A stretch of DNA of 64,000 nucleotides from Alphaproteobacteria bacterium (lineage in GTDB: Bacteria > Pseudomonadota > Alphaproteobacteria > UBA828). Of the stretch, positions 28,610 through 38,498 are shown one piece after another. The first letter of the stretch is position 1; the number at the start of each line of letters is the position of its first letter. Position numbers and translations under genes: made by a program. The stretch lies in NCBI GenBank assembly GCA_965220745.1, contig CBDCQT010000012.1, positions 672,001 through 736,000 on the forward strand. The letters are read 5' to 3'. Under the pieces are notes generated by a model. It saw only the letters and a list, made by a program, of their open reading frames with translations. It was not told the DNA's origin and ran no database searches.

Positions 28610-28996
28610 ATGAGCATTTCGGACAAGACCCGCAGCTCTCTCATGCCCATGGTCATGCCGCCGCCGGGCAAGAAGATGCTTCCCACCCGTGCGCAGGCGA
28701 CCGCGCTAGAGGAGGCGCTGCTCGGCGACCTCGACCCGGACAAGCTCAACGATCTCTCCGAGGTGCTGTTCGCGCTGAACGCGCACAAGCTCGGCCCGAT
28801 CCCCGGCTTCTACGTCGTGGTCTGCACCAAGCCGGACGAGGAGTGGTGCGTGGGCCAGCTTGCCGCCGACCGCGCCAAGCCGCTGATCATGTTCGAGGAC
28901 CTGCGCTTCGATAGGCCGGAGGCCGCGCTGGCTGCGGCCGAGAAGCTCAAGGCCGAGGACGACGCCGCAGGCCGGAGCCCCATCGTCACGGGCTGA
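28610..28996 (+). CDS. hypothetical protein resembling the DMFase small subunit C-terminal half
   Basis: YVVVCTKPDEEWCVG...RAKPLIMFED aligns by eye with YVRICTKPHEEYRIG...RGEPVKILED of 25719-26147. Confidence 0.65.
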   Translation: MSISDKTRSSLMPMVMPPPGKKMLPTRAQATALEEALLGDLDPDKLNDLSEVLFALNAHKLGPIPGFYVVVCTKPDEEWCVGQLAADRAKPLIMFEDLRFDRPEAALAAAEKLKAEDDAAGRSPIVTG

Positions 28997-29030
28997 TGCG
29001 AAACGGCCCCGCTCAATTGCCTCGCAACCG

Positions 29031-29810
29031 ATGACTGCCGAGACGCGCCTCGCCAGCCTGCCGATGTACTGCGAGGATGAGATTCGTCCCGCGACGGAGC
29101 GCTGGTGGGCGGGCCTCGCCCGGCACCTGCGGGAGTGCGGCGTTGAGGGCGTTCCCGACAGGCTGACGTGGCCCGACGACTATCAGGGCCACTGGCGCTC
29201 GCCGGGCCTCCTGTTCAGCCAGACCTGCGGCTACCCCTACGTGAACGTTCTCGGCTCAGCGGTGAAGCTAATCGCGACCCCAAGTTACGATGCGCCCGGG
29301 TGCGAACGCGCCCGCTATGGGGCGCACGTCATCGTCCGCGAGGGCGCGAGCGCGCAGTCCGTCGCCGACCTGCGGGACGCGCGGCTGGCAGCCAACGGCA
29401 CGGGGTCCTTCTCGGGCTACCACGTCTGGCGGCACATGCTGCCCGCCGGTGCTGACCCGCCGTCCTTCTTCGGAGAGATCGTCGCCTCCGGCTCCCATCG
29501 CGCGAGCATCCGCCTCGTCGCGGCCGGGGAAGCGGACGCCTGCGCGGTCGACTGCGTCACCCACGCGCTGGTCTCCGACCAGGCCGGGGAGGAGCTGCGC
29601 GGCACCCGGATCCTGACCTCGTCGCCGACCGCACCGGGAATGCCTTACGTCACCGGCGCCGGGACATCGGACGAGGACATCGCGAAGATGCGCGAAGGGC
29701 TCCTTGCCGCCATTGCCGATCCGGCGCTCGCGCCCGACCGCGCAGTGCTGCACCTCACCGGCGCCAGTGTCCTGACGGACGAGGACTACCGGAGCGCGTT
29801 CCAGGATTAG
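29031..29810 (+). CDS. PhnD/SsuA/transferrin family binding-fold protein
   Basis: ASLPMY, LFSQTCGYPY, SGSHRASI..V..GEAD...VDCVT. Confidence 0.8.
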   Translation: MTAETRLASLPMYCEDEIRPATERWWAGLARHLRECGVEGVPDRLTWPDDYQGHWRSPGLLFSQTCGYPYVNVLGSAVKLIATPSYDAPGCERARYGAHVIVREGASAQSVADLRDARLAANGTGSFSGYHVWRHMLPAGADPPSFFGEIVASGSHRASIRLVAAGEADACAVDCVTHALVSDQAGEELRGTRILTSSPTAPGMPYVTGAGTSDEDIAKMREGLLAAIADPALAPDRAVLHLTGASVLTDEDYRSAFQD

Positions 29811-30529
29811 CGCGGCGCGGAGGCTGCGCTACCACTGGCCGGGCGGTCGCGCATGTGGCCGGAGAGGCGGTGCTCGATGAAGCGCGAGAGCAGGATGAAG
29901 AAGTAGCTCATCGCCAGGTACATCAGGCCGGCCGTGATGTAGAGCTTGTAGGGCTCGAAGCTGCGGGCGACGATGATGCGGGCAACGCCCGTGAGGTCCA
30001 GCAGCGTGATGATCGAGACCAGCGAGGTTGCCTGAAGCAGGAATACGACCTCGTTGGTGTAGGCCGGCAGTGCGAGGCGGAAGGCCTTCGGCAGCACGAT
30101 GCGCCGGTAGAGCAGCGTGCCCGAATACCCGAGCGCCCGCGCCGCCTCGATATCGCCGCGCGGCACGCCCTGGATCGCACCTCGCAGAATCTCCGCGGTA
30201 TAGGCGGCGGTGTTGAGGGTGAGCGTCAGCACGGCGCAGAAATAGGCCTCGCGGAACAGCACCCAGAGCCCGATCGAGTCGAGGAAGGGCCGGAACTGGC
30301 CGGAGCCATAGTAGACCAGGAAGAGCTGCACCAGCAGCGGAGTCCCACGGAAATAGAAGATGTAGCCGTAGACCGGCATCCACAGCAGCGGGTTGGACGA
30401 GAGTCGCATGATCGCGAGCGGCACCGCCAGCGCCAGGCCGATCGCCAGGCTGATGACGGTGATCTCGACCGTGAGCGCCGCACCGTCCAGCAGGCGGGGC
30501 AGGCTCTCCCATATGATCGTGAGGTCCAT
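29807..30529 (-). CDS. polar amino acid ABC permease (HisM-like)
   Basis: FRGTPLLVQLF, AYTAEILRG, IEAARALG. Confidence 0.93.
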   Translation of the reverse strand: MDLTIIWESLPRLLDGAALTVEITVISLAIGLALAVPLAIMRLSSNPLLWMPVYGYIFYFRGTPLLVQLFLVYYGSGQFRPFLDSIGLWVLFREAYFCAVLTLTLNTAAYTAEILRGAIQGVPRGDIEAARALGYSGTLLYRRIVLPKAFRLALPAYTNEVVFLLQATSLVSIITLLDLTGVARIIVARSFEPYKLYITAGLMYLAMSYFFILLSRFIEHRLSGHMRDRPASGSAASAPR

Positions 30530-30536
30530 AACCGCC

Positions 30537-31226
30537 TCAGGCGCGGCGCACGCCGCGGTTGGCCCACGCCTCGGCGCGCCGCTGCACCACCATCGAGACG
30601 ATGGTAATGCCGAGGTAGAAGAGCGAGGCCACGAAGAAGAAGGTGAACGGCAGCTTGGTCGCGCCCATGGCGATCTGGGCGTTGCGCATGAGCTCCGGGA
30701 GCTGGATCACCGAGATCAGCGCCGTGGCCTTGATCAGCACCATCCACACGTTGCCGAGGCCGGGCAGCGCGAAGCGCCACATCTGCGGCAGCACGATGCG
30801 GCGGAAGGTCAGCGCGCGGCTCATGCCGATGGCGCGCGCCGCCTCGATCTGGCCGCGCGGCACGGCGAGGAAGGCGCCACGGAAGACCTCGGTGGCGAAG
30901 GCGCCGTAAATGAAACCGATGGTGACGACGCCGGCGACGAAGGGGTTGAGGTCGACGATGATCTCGTAGCCGGCGCCTTCGGCGATGTCCTGGATCAGCG
31001 TGGGCACGCCGTAGTAGACGAGCAGGATGAGCAGCAGCTCAGGCACCCCGCGGATGACGGTGGTGTAGGTGCCGGCGGCCCAACGGCCGGCCCGTGCGCG
31101 TGAGAGCTTGCCCCAGGCGCCGATGAGGCCAAGCGCCAAGGCCACTGCCATGGCCCCGAGCCCGACCAGGATGGTGAGCTCGAGGCCCTGCCACAGCATC
31201 CAGCCGTAGCCCCTGAGATCGAGCAT
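30537..31226 (-). CDS. polar amino acid ABC permease (HisQ-like)
   Basis: IRGVPELL, GQIEAARAIG, ALPGLGNVW. Confidence 0.93.
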   Translation of the reverse strand: MLDLRGYGWMLWQGLELTILVGLGAMAVALALGLIGAWGKLSRARAGRWAAGTYTTVIRGVPELLLILLVYYGVPTLIQDIAEGAGYEIIVDLNPFVAGVVTIGFIYGAFATEVFRGAFLAVPRGQIEAARAIGMSRALTFRRIVLPQMWRFALPGLGNVWMVLIKATALISVIQLPELMRNAQIAMGATKLPFTFFFVASLFYLGITIVSMVVQRRAEAWANRGVRRA

Positions 31227-31296
31227 CGGCCCGACCCGCTAACTCATCGGGGAGCGGGCGGCGTGGAACAGCCGCCCGCTCATGCGTCGTTGGCGA

Positions 31297-32073
31297 TCAG
31301 TCGCCGTAGACGTCGAAATCGAAGTACTTGTCGTTGATCGTTTTGTAGGTGCCGTCGGCGCGGATGGCCACGATGGCGCCGTTGAGCGCGTCGAGAAGCT
31401 CGCCCTCGCCCTTGCGCACCGCGATCCCGGCGCCGTCGCCGAACCAGCGCGGATCGGTAAAGTCGGGGCCGACGAATTCCGCGTCCGCGCCGTCGGGCGT
31501 GTCGAGGAAGCCCCCCTGCAAGGCCATCGAATCCGCCAGCAGCAGATCGACGCGGCCTGCGACGAAGTCGAGGTTGGCCTCGTCCTGGGTGGCGTAGGCC
31601 CTGATGGTGACGATGTCGCCGTAGTTGTCGCGCAGGAAGTTCTCGTGGATGGTCGCCCGCTGCACGCCGACTGCCAAGCCGTCCAGGCCCTCGTTCGTGA
31701 TCTCGATGTCCGAGCCCTTCATGCGCACGAACTTGGCCGGCGTGGTGTAGTACTTGCCGGTGAAGTCGACCTTCTTCTTGCGCTCCTCGGTGATCGACAT
31801 CGAGGCGACGATGGCGTCGTACTTCTTGGCCAGCAGGCCGGGGATGATGCCGTCCCAGTCCTGCACCGCCCAGGTGCACTCCAGGTTCGCCGCCGCGCAG
31901 AGCGCGTTGCCGATCTCGACGTCGAAGCCCTGGAGGTCGCCGTTCTCGTCGATCCAGTTGAAGGGCGGGTAGGCGCCTTCGGTGCCGAGTGTGACCTTCT
32001 TCATGTCGGCCGCCGCTGTGCCGGCCGCGAGCGCGAGCGCCGCGAGCACGCCTAAGAATGTGAGTTTTTTCAT
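31297..32073 (-). CDS. polar amino acid ABC substrate-binding protein (ArgT/HisJ-like)
   Basis: Signal peptide; TEGAYPPFN, WDGIIPGL, SMSITEER. Confidence 0.94.
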   Translation of the reverse strand: MKKLTFLGVLAALALAAGTAAADMKKVTLGTEGAYPPFNWIDENGDLQGFDVEIGNALCAAANLECTWAVQDWDGIIPGLLAKKYDAIVASMSITEERKKKVDFTGKYYTTPAKFVRMKGSDIEITNEGLDGLAVGVQRATIHENFLRDNYGDIVTIRAYATQDEANLDFVAGRVDLLLADSMALQGGFLDTPDGADAEFVGPDFTDPRWFGDGAGIAVRKGEGELLDALNGAIVAIRADGTYKTINDKYFDFDVYGD

Positions 32074-32106
32074 TTCTCCGTTCTCCCTCGCTAGTGGTTG
32101 AGTCGT

Positions 32107-32940
32107 TTACGTGGGCTGGGCGTCGCTGCGCTCGCCCGAAAGGAATTGCCTGAGCCTCGGCGATTGCGGATCGTCGAGCAACGCCTTGGACGCGCCTTCC
32201 TCCTCGATCTGCCCCTCGTGCAGAAACACGGTGCGCGACGAGACCTCGCGGGCGAAGCCGACCTCGTGGGTGACGATCAGCATGGTTCGGCCTTCCTCGG
32301 CGAGATCGCGGATGACCCTCAGCACCTCGCCGACGAGCTCGGGGTCGAGCGCCGAGGTGGGCTCGTCGAAGAGCATGACGTCGGGTTCCATGGCGAGCGC
32401 GCGGGCGATCGCCGCCCGCTGCTCCTGCCCGCCGGAGAGGTGGGCGGGGAAGTAGTCGTGCTTGTCCGCGAGGCCGACCTTGTCCAGCAACGCCCGTGCA
32501 CGGTCCGCCGCCTCGCGCCGGGGCAGCTTGAGCACGTGGACCGGCGCCTCGATCACATTCTGCAGCACGGTCAGGTGAGACCACAGGTTGAACTGCTGGA
32601 ACACCATGCCGAGCCGGGCGCGGATGCGGTCGACCTGGCGCCGGTCCGCCGGCATCGCCCGGCCGCGCCGGTCGCGCTTCATGCGGATCAGCTCGCCGCC
32701 AACGTGGACCTCGCCTGAGTCGGGGACCTCCAGCAGGTTGATGCAGCGGAGCAGGGTGCTCTTGCCGGAGCCGCTGGCGCCCAGGATGGCGATGACATCG
32801 TGCTCGCGAGCCGTCAGCGAGACGCCCTTGAGCACCTCCAGGTCGCCGAAGCTCTTGTAGAGGTCGTCCACCCGGAGCGCTGTGCCGGGCTCCGCCCGTG
32901 CCTCGTCTTGCGGGCTGGCCACCCCGAGCGCCTGCGCCAC
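32107..32940 (-). CDS. polar amino acid ABC ATP-binding protein (HisP-like)
   Basis: GASGSGKST, VFQQFNLW, LSGGQEQR, FDEPTSALDPE; GTG start inferred. Confidence 0.92.
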   Translation of the reverse strand: MAQALGVASPQDEARAEPGTALRVDDLYKSFGDLEVLKGVSLTAREHDVIAILGASGSGKSTLLRCINLLEVPDSGEVHVGGELIRMKRDRRGRAMPADRRQVDRIRARLGMVFQQFNLWSHLTVLQNVIEAPVHVLKLPRREAADRARALLDKVGLADKHDYFPAHLSGGQEQRAAIARALAMEPDVMLFDEPTSALDPELVGEVLRVIRDLAEEGRTMLIVTHEVGFAREVSSRTVFLHEGQIEEEGASKALLDDPQSPRLRQFLSGERSDAQPT

Positions 32941-32960
32941 CCGACCGGCTCCGCTCGCGG

Positions 32961-34325
32961 CTACGAGGTGAACGTGCGGCGCTTGACCAGCTTGCCGCGT
33001 CCGGCTTCGGCATTCACCTTGCCGTTCTCCACGATGATGTCGCCGCGCGAGATCGTCATTGCCGGCCAGCCGGTGACCTCGAAGCCTTCGTGCAGCTCCC
33101 AATCCTGCTTGGAGTGCATGTCGCGCTGGCGGATGGTGACGGGCTTCTGCGGGTCGAACACCGTGATGTCGGCATCCGAACCCACCGCGATCGTCCCCTT
33201 CTGTGGATAGAGGCCGAAGAGCTTGGCTGGCGTGGTGGCGCTGACCTCGACGAAGCGGTTGGCGGTGAGCCGGCCTTTGCGCACGCCCTCGGAATAGAGC
33301 ATGGGCAGCACCGTCTCCAGGTTCGACATGCCGGGCAGCAGCTCGTCCACCGTCTTCCCCTCCGTCTTCTGCTTCGTGCTCCAGCCGACATGGTCGGTGG
33401 CGACCACCTGAAGCACGTTGCTGTCGAGCGCCTGCCAGAGCACCTCCATCTGGTCGGCATCGCGCAGCGGCGGCCAGCCGACGTATTGCTCGGGAAACAC
33501 CTCCTCGTTGAAGCGATCGCGCGAGAGGTGGAGGTAGATGGGCCGGGTCTCGCCGTAGCAGGTCTGGCCGCGGGCGCGGGCGTCGTTCAGCGCGTCCAGC
33601 CCCTCCTGGCACGAGAGGTGGACGAGGTACGCGGGCGCATCGGCCACGTGCGCCATCCAGAGCGCACGCTGGGCGGCGATCCCCTCGGAGATGCGCGGCC
33701 GGGAATCGGGGAAGGTGCGGACGTTGGAGTTGTTCTCCTCCGCGAGCTTCTGGGTCATGTAGGAGATGCAGCACTGATCCTCGCAGTGGATGTTGATCAT
33801 CGCGCCGAGCTTCCCGGCTTCCTCCATGCAGCGCAGGTATTGGGGCGCGTAGTGGTCGAACTGGGACAGCTCGGTCATGAAGATCTTGAAGCTGGTGTAG
33901 CCGTCGGCGACGCAGTCCCGCATCTCGGTGAGCGTGTGCTCACCGGGGTGGAAGATGGTCGGGTGCAGGCCGTAATCGACCACCGACTTCTCGCCCCGCT
34001 TGTTCCAGGTGGCGAGGCAGTCCTGCAGCGACTGGCCTGGCGCGGGGACCGCGTAGTCGCAGATCGTGGTGATCCCGCCGCAGGCGGCGGCCACCGTGGA
34101 CGAGTGGAAGTCGTCGGTGGTCTCGTGTCCCATCCACTCGAACTCGACGTGGGTGTGCACGTCGACGCCGCCGGGGAACAAGATCTTGCCGCTGCAATCG
34201 ACCGTGCGTCCGGCCGGGCCCAGGCCGTGGCCGATCTGCTTGATGACGCCGTTCTCGATCCCGATATCGGCGCGGTAGCTCTCGTGCGCGGTCACGATGT
34301 CGCCGTTCGCCAGGATCAGATCCAT
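32961..34325 (-). CDS. dihydropyrimidinase/hydantoinase-family cyclic amidohydrolase, copy 1
   Basis: PGGVDVHTH, SFKIFM, IHCED, VHLS, ATDH. Confidence 0.9.
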   Translation of the reverse strand: MDLILANGDIVTAHESYRADIGIENGVIKQIGHGLGPAGRTVDCSGKILFPGGVDVHTHVEFEWMGHETTDDFHSSTVAAACGGITTICDYAVPAPGQSLQDCLATWNKRGEKSVVDYGLHPTIFHPGEHTLTEMRDCVADGYTSFKIFMTELSQFDHYAPQYLRCMEEAGKLGAMINIHCEDQCCISYMTQKLAEENNSNVRTFPDSRPRISEGIAAQRALWMAHVADAPAYLVHLSCQEGLDALNDARARGQTCYGETRPIYLHLSRDRFNEEVFPEQYVGWPPLRDADQMEVLWQALDSNVLQVVATDHVGWSTKQKTEGKTVDELLPGMSNLETVLPMLYSEGVRKGRLTANRFVEVSATTPAKLFGLYPQKGTIAVGSDADITVFDPQKPVTIRQRDMHSKQDWELHEGFEVTGWPAMTISRGDIIVENGKVNAEAGRGKLVKRRTFTS

Positions 34326-34403
34326 GGTCCCCTCCTGTCTCGTCGTTGCTTCTTGTCCTTCACCTTAGAGCATGGGGCGGGATTGGGCAGGCGCTTCCGC
34401 CGG

Positions 34404-35768
34404 TCAGGAGGTGTAGGTGCGCCGCTTGACCAGCTTGCCGCGGCCGGGCTCCGCGTTGACCTTGCCGTTCTCCACGATGATGTCGCCGCGGGAGATGGTC
34501 ATGGTTGGCCAGCCGGTGACCTCGAAGCCCTCGTGCAGCTCCCAGTCCTGCTTCGAGTGCATGTCGCGCTGGCGGATGGTGACGGGCTTGTCCGGATCGA
34601 AGACCGTGACGTCGGCGTCGGAGCCCACCGCGATGGTTCCCTTCTGCGGGTACATGCCCATGAGCTTGGCCGGCTGGGTGGCGCTCACGTCGACGTAGCG
34701 GTGGGGCGAGAGCCGGCCCTCGCGCACGCCCTCGGAATAGAGCATGGGCAGCACCGTCTCCAGGTTCGACATGCCGGGCAGCAGCTCGTCCACGGTCACG
34801 CTGGCCTTCTTCTGCTTCATGTTCCAGCCGACGTGGTCGGTGGCGACGGTCTGGAGCACGTTGCTGTCGAGCGCCTGCCACATCACCTCCATCTGGTCGG
34901 CCTCGCGCAGCGGCGGCCAGCCGACGTAGCGCTCGGGGTCCACCTCCTCGTTGAAGCGCTCGCGGGAGAGGTGGAGGTAGATGGGCCGGGTCTCGCCGTA
35001 GCAGGTCTGGCCCCGGCCGCGCGCGTCGTTCAGCGCATCCAGCCCTTCCTGGCACGAGAGGTGGACGAGGTAGGCGGGCACGTCGGCCACGTGGGCCATC
35101 CAGAGCGCGCGGCGGGCGGCGAGCCCCTCCGAGATGCGCGGCCGGGAATCGGGGAAGGTGCGGACGTTGGAGTTGTTCTCCTCCTCGAGCTTCTGGGTCA
35201 TGTAGGAGATGCAGCACTGGTCCTCGCAATGGATGTTGACCATCGCGCCGAGCTTGCCGGCCTCCTCCATGCAGCGCAGGTACTCGGCCGCATACTTGTC
35301 GAACTCGGCGAAGCCGATCATGAAAATCTTGAAGCTGGTGTAGCCGTCGGCGACGCAGTCCCGCATCTGGCTGAGGGTGTGCTCGCCGGGTTGGAAGATG
35401 GTCGGGTGCAGGCCGTAGTCGATCACCGACTTCTCGCCCCGCTGGTTCCAGCGGACCAGGCAGTCCTGCAGCGATTGGCCGGGCTCCGGGAAGGCGTAGT
35501 CGCAGATCGTCGTGATGCCGCCGCAGGCGGCGGCCACCGTGGACGAGTGGAAGTCGTCGGCGGTCTCCTGGCCCATCAGCTCGAACTCGACGTGGGTGTG
35601 CACGTCGACGCCGCCGGGGAACAGGGTCTTGCCGCTGCAATCGACTGTGCGGCCGGCGGGCCCCAGGCCGTGGCCGATCTGTTTGATGACGCCGTTCTCG
35701 ATGCCGATATCGGCGTCGTAGCTCTCGTGGGCGGTCACGATTTTGCCGTTCGCCAGAATCAGATCCAT
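34404..35768 (-). CDS. dihydropyrimidinase/hydantoinase-family cyclic amidohydrolase, copy 2
   Basis: Same motifs and same 1365-bp length as copy 1. Confidence 0.9.
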   Translation of the reverse strand: MDLILANGKIVTAHESYDADIGIENGVIKQIGHGLGPAGRTVDCSGKTLFPGGVDVHTHVEFELMGQETADDFHSSTVAAACGGITTICDYAFPEPGQSLQDCLVRWNQRGEKSVIDYGLHPTIFQPGEHTLSQMRDCVADGYTSFKIFMIGFAEFDKYAAEYLRCMEEAGKLGAMVNIHCEDQCCISYMTQKLEEENNSNVRTFPDSRPRISEGLAARRALWMAHVADVPAYLVHLSCQEGLDALNDARGRGQTCYGETRPIYLHLSRERFNEEVDPERYVGWPPLREADQMEVMWQALDSNVLQTVATDHVGWNMKQKKASVTVDELLPGMSNLETVLPMLYSEGVREGRLSPHRYVDVSATQPAKLMGMYPQKGTIAVGSDADVTVFDPDKPVTIRQRDMHSKQDWELHEGFEVTGWPTMTISRGDIIVENGKVNAEPGRGKLVKRRTYTS

Positions 35769-36182
35769 CGTCCCCTCCATTCCCTGTCGTGAAATTTATT
35801 CGTTGCCTCGAAGTATGGGCGCGTTCGTGCCGGGGGGTCCAGCGTCTCGTTGGTCGGCTTGCGGTGCCGTTGCCCCGGCGGCTCGCCGGTTCGCTGTGCG
35901 TTGGGACACGCGGTTTACGCCAGGGATTGACGGGTGCTAGTGTAGAAGCCACGAGAAGTGTCACGGTGCGCATGCGCGTGCGTCGGTGCCGCGCGAAGGT
36001 TGGCTCCTTCCGGGCGCCGTGCAGTACGCGGGCGAGCGGGGCGACGGATCGGCTGGTCAGGTGGACAACACCTGTGGGCACCATTCGGATCTATCTCCCT
36101 GTCTCGCGGCGAGCCGCATCGAACGGCCAAGTCAAGAACCTGCCATTCGTGAGGCATGGACGTCACAGGGAGGAGACGAGAC

Positions 36183-37478
36183 ATGAAGATCAACCGGCGA
36201 AGGTTCCTCAAAACTGCGGCCCTTGCGAGCGCAACGACGGCCGCATTTCCCTATTTCTACACCCAGAAGTTCGCCAAGGCGGATGAAAGCGACGAGATCA
36301 AGGTCGGCATCCTCCACTCCTTGAGCGGTACCATCGCGATTATCGAACGCTCGCTGCACAACGCCGAGCTGATGGCGATCGAGGAGATCAACGCCAAAGG
36401 CGGCGTCATGGGCGGCAAGAAGCTGGTGCCCGTGGTCGAGGACCCGCAATCGGTGGTTCGGGTGTTCCGCCAAAAGGCCAAGAAGCTCCTGCTCCAGGAC
36501 AAGGTGGTGGCCGTGCTCGGCTGCTACACCTCGGCCAGCCGCCAATCGGTGCTGCCGGAGTTCGAGAACAACAACGGCATCCTGCTGTATCCGACTCTCT
36601 ACGAGGCGCAGGAATGCAGCTACAACTGCTTCTACACCGGCGCCGTGCCCAACCAGCAGCTCGACGACTTCGCCCCCTGGGTGATCGACAAGTTCGGGCC
36701 CCGGCACTACCTCATCGGCGCCAACTATATCTATCCCAAGGAGACCAACCGCGAGTGGAAGGCGCTGCTCGACAACCACGGCGGCGAGACCGTGGCCGAG
36801 GAGTACGCACCGCTGGGGCACACTGAATTCGCCACCAACATCAATAAGATCGCATCCCTCCAGCCCGACGTGGTGTTCTCCACGCTGGTGGGCGATCAGA
36901 TCGTGGCCTTCTACAAGCAGTTCAAGCAGTTCGGCATCACCGCCGAGGACATCCCAATCTGCACGCCGATCACCACCGAGCAGGAAATCAAGGGCATGGG
37001 GCCGGAATACGCGCTCGGCCACTACACGTCCTTCAACTACTTCCAGTCGGTGGACTCGCCCGAGAACGCGGAGTTCGTCGCCCGCTACAAGGCGACCTAC
37101 GGCGAGGACGAGGTGACCAACGCCGTGATGGAGGCGGCCTACTTCCAGACCTACTTCTTGGCGCAGGCGCTCGACCAGGTGGGCACCACCGACGCCGACG
37201 CGCTGATCACGGAAGGCCTGCCGGGGCAGGAGTTCCAGGCACCGCAGGGCAAGGTCAAGATCGACGAGAAGAACCACCACACCTATCTCTGGGCACGCAT
37301 CGGCCAGGCCCGCGAAGATGGGCAGTTCGATATCGTCTGGAAGTCGGAAGACTGGATTCGGCCCGATCCCTGGGTCGATCTGCTCTATCCCGACAAGGAC
37401 TGCGACTTCACTGACCAGCGCGTGATCGATCGCATCAAATCGGGCGACAGGGATCGTTCGGGTACGATCGATATTTGA
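36183..37478 (+). CDS. urtA: urea/short-chain amide ABC substrate-binding protein (UrtA/FmdD/AmiC family), Tat-exported
   Basis: NRRRFLK; IKVGILHSLSG, GCYTSASR, YPTLYE, PNQQ. Confidence 0.88.
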   Translation: MKINRRRFLKTAALASATTAAFPYFYTQKFAKADESDEIKVGILHSLSGTIAIIERSLHNAELMAIEEINAKGGVMGGKKLVPVVEDPQSVVRVFRQKAKKLLLQDKVVAVLGCYTSASRQSVLPEFENNNGILLYPTLYEAQECSYNCFYTGAVPNQQLDDFAPWVIDKFGPRHYLIGANYIYPKETNREWKALLDNHGGETVAEEYAPLGHTEFATNINKIASLQPDVVFSTLVGDQIVAFYKQFKQFGITAEDIPICTPITTEQEIKGMGPEYALGHYTSFNYFQSVDSPENAEFVARYKATYGEDEVTNAVMEAAYFQTYFLAQALDQVGTTDADALITEGLPGQEFQAPQGKVKIDEKNHHTYLWARIGQAREDGQFDIVWKSEDWIRPDPWVDLLYPDKDCDFTDQRVIDRIKSGDRDRSGTIDI

Positions 37479-37573
37479 CGCTCAATCCACGCCGGGTGTC
37501 GTGACGCTTCGCTTCGAGGCGTCCCGGCACCCGCCGGTTGGCGGGCACGGACATCGGTTGAGCGCGGGTTGAG

Positions 37574-38464
37574 ATGGGCGACGCGGTCCTTACACAGTTC
37601 TTCAGCGGCTTCAGCCTGGTCGCAATTCTGATCATCGCGGCACTGGGGCTCGCAGTCATCTTCGGCGTCGCCGGGGTCATCAACATGGCCCACGGCGAGT
37701 TCATCATGGTCGGCGCCTATGTTGCCTCGGTGGTCCAGAGCGGCCTCGGTGGCAACACCTTCTGGTCGATCCCGATCTGCTTCGTCGCCGTGGGCCTCCT
37801 TGGCCTCGTCGTCGAACGAACGGTGATCCGAGGACTCTACGACCGACCATTGGAGACACTCCTCGCGACGTGGGGGGTGTCGTTAATCCTAATCGTAATC
37901 ATCAAGATGATCTTCGGAACGGAGCTGCACTATGTGGGCTCGCCGGAGATGCTCCAGGGGGGCTTCCCCGCGCCGGGCAACCTGCCCTTCCCGTGGTACC
38001 GGCTGTTCCTGATCCTGCTGTCGATCCTCTTGCTGGTTCTCACCTTCGTGCTCTTCTTCCGCACCAAGTTCGGGCTGGCGGTGAGAGCCGTGCGGCGCAA
38101 TCGCTCGATGAGCGAGGCGATGGGGATCAACACTGCCCGCGTTGACATGCTGATCTTTGCCTACGGCTCCGGCCTTGCCGGCGTCGCCGGTGCGGTGCTG
38201 GCTCCGATCAAGACCGTCTCGCCCACCATGGGTTTCCCCTACGCCGTCGACTCTTTCATGGTTCTGGTCATGGGCGGCGTCGGCAACCTGCTGGGAGTCC
38301 CGGTTGGCGCCGCGATCATCGGCGAGGGCGAGACCATTCTCGCGTTCCTGTTCAACAGCGTGATTGGCAAGCTGTTGGTGTTCTTGCTGATCGTTCTGGT
38401 GATCCGCATCGTGCCGAGAGGCATCTTCGGCTACCAGGAGCGCACGCTGGGGCACAGGCGGTGA
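37574..38464 (+). CDS. urtB: urea/amide ABC permease UrtB-like
   Basis: GVINMAHGEFIM, LYDRPLETLLATWG. Confidence 0.88.
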   Translation: MGDAVLTQFFSGFSLVAILIIAALGLAVIFGVAGVINMAHGEFIMVGAYVASVVQSGLGGNTFWSIPICFVAVGLLGLVVERTVIRGLYDRPLETLLATWGVSLILIVIIKMIFGTELHYVGSPEMLQGGFPAPGNLPFPWYRLFLILLSILLLVLTFVLFFRTKFGLAVRAVRRNRSMSEAMGINTARVDMLIFAYGSGLAGVAGAVLAPIKTVSPTMGFPYAVDSFMVLVMGGVGNLLGVPVGAAIIGEGETILAFLFNSVIGKLLVFLLIVLVIRIVPRGIFGYQERTLGHRR

Positions 38465-38498
38465 GCGCCGGGCGCATCGGCGGAGGATTGCGCTTGCC

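Noticed and set aside
32107-33774. 555-aa apparent long ABC ATPase
   Set aside because: The N-terminal half is an alternate frame of the hydantoinase gene; the real start is near 32940
32898-35792. 964-aa plus-strand ORF with an internal repeat
   Set aside because: Antisense of the duplicated hydantoinases; the repeat merely mirrors that duplication
35769-36182. Possible riboswitch, ANTAR leader or sigma54 promoter upstream of urtA
   Set aside because: No convincing consensus found by eye
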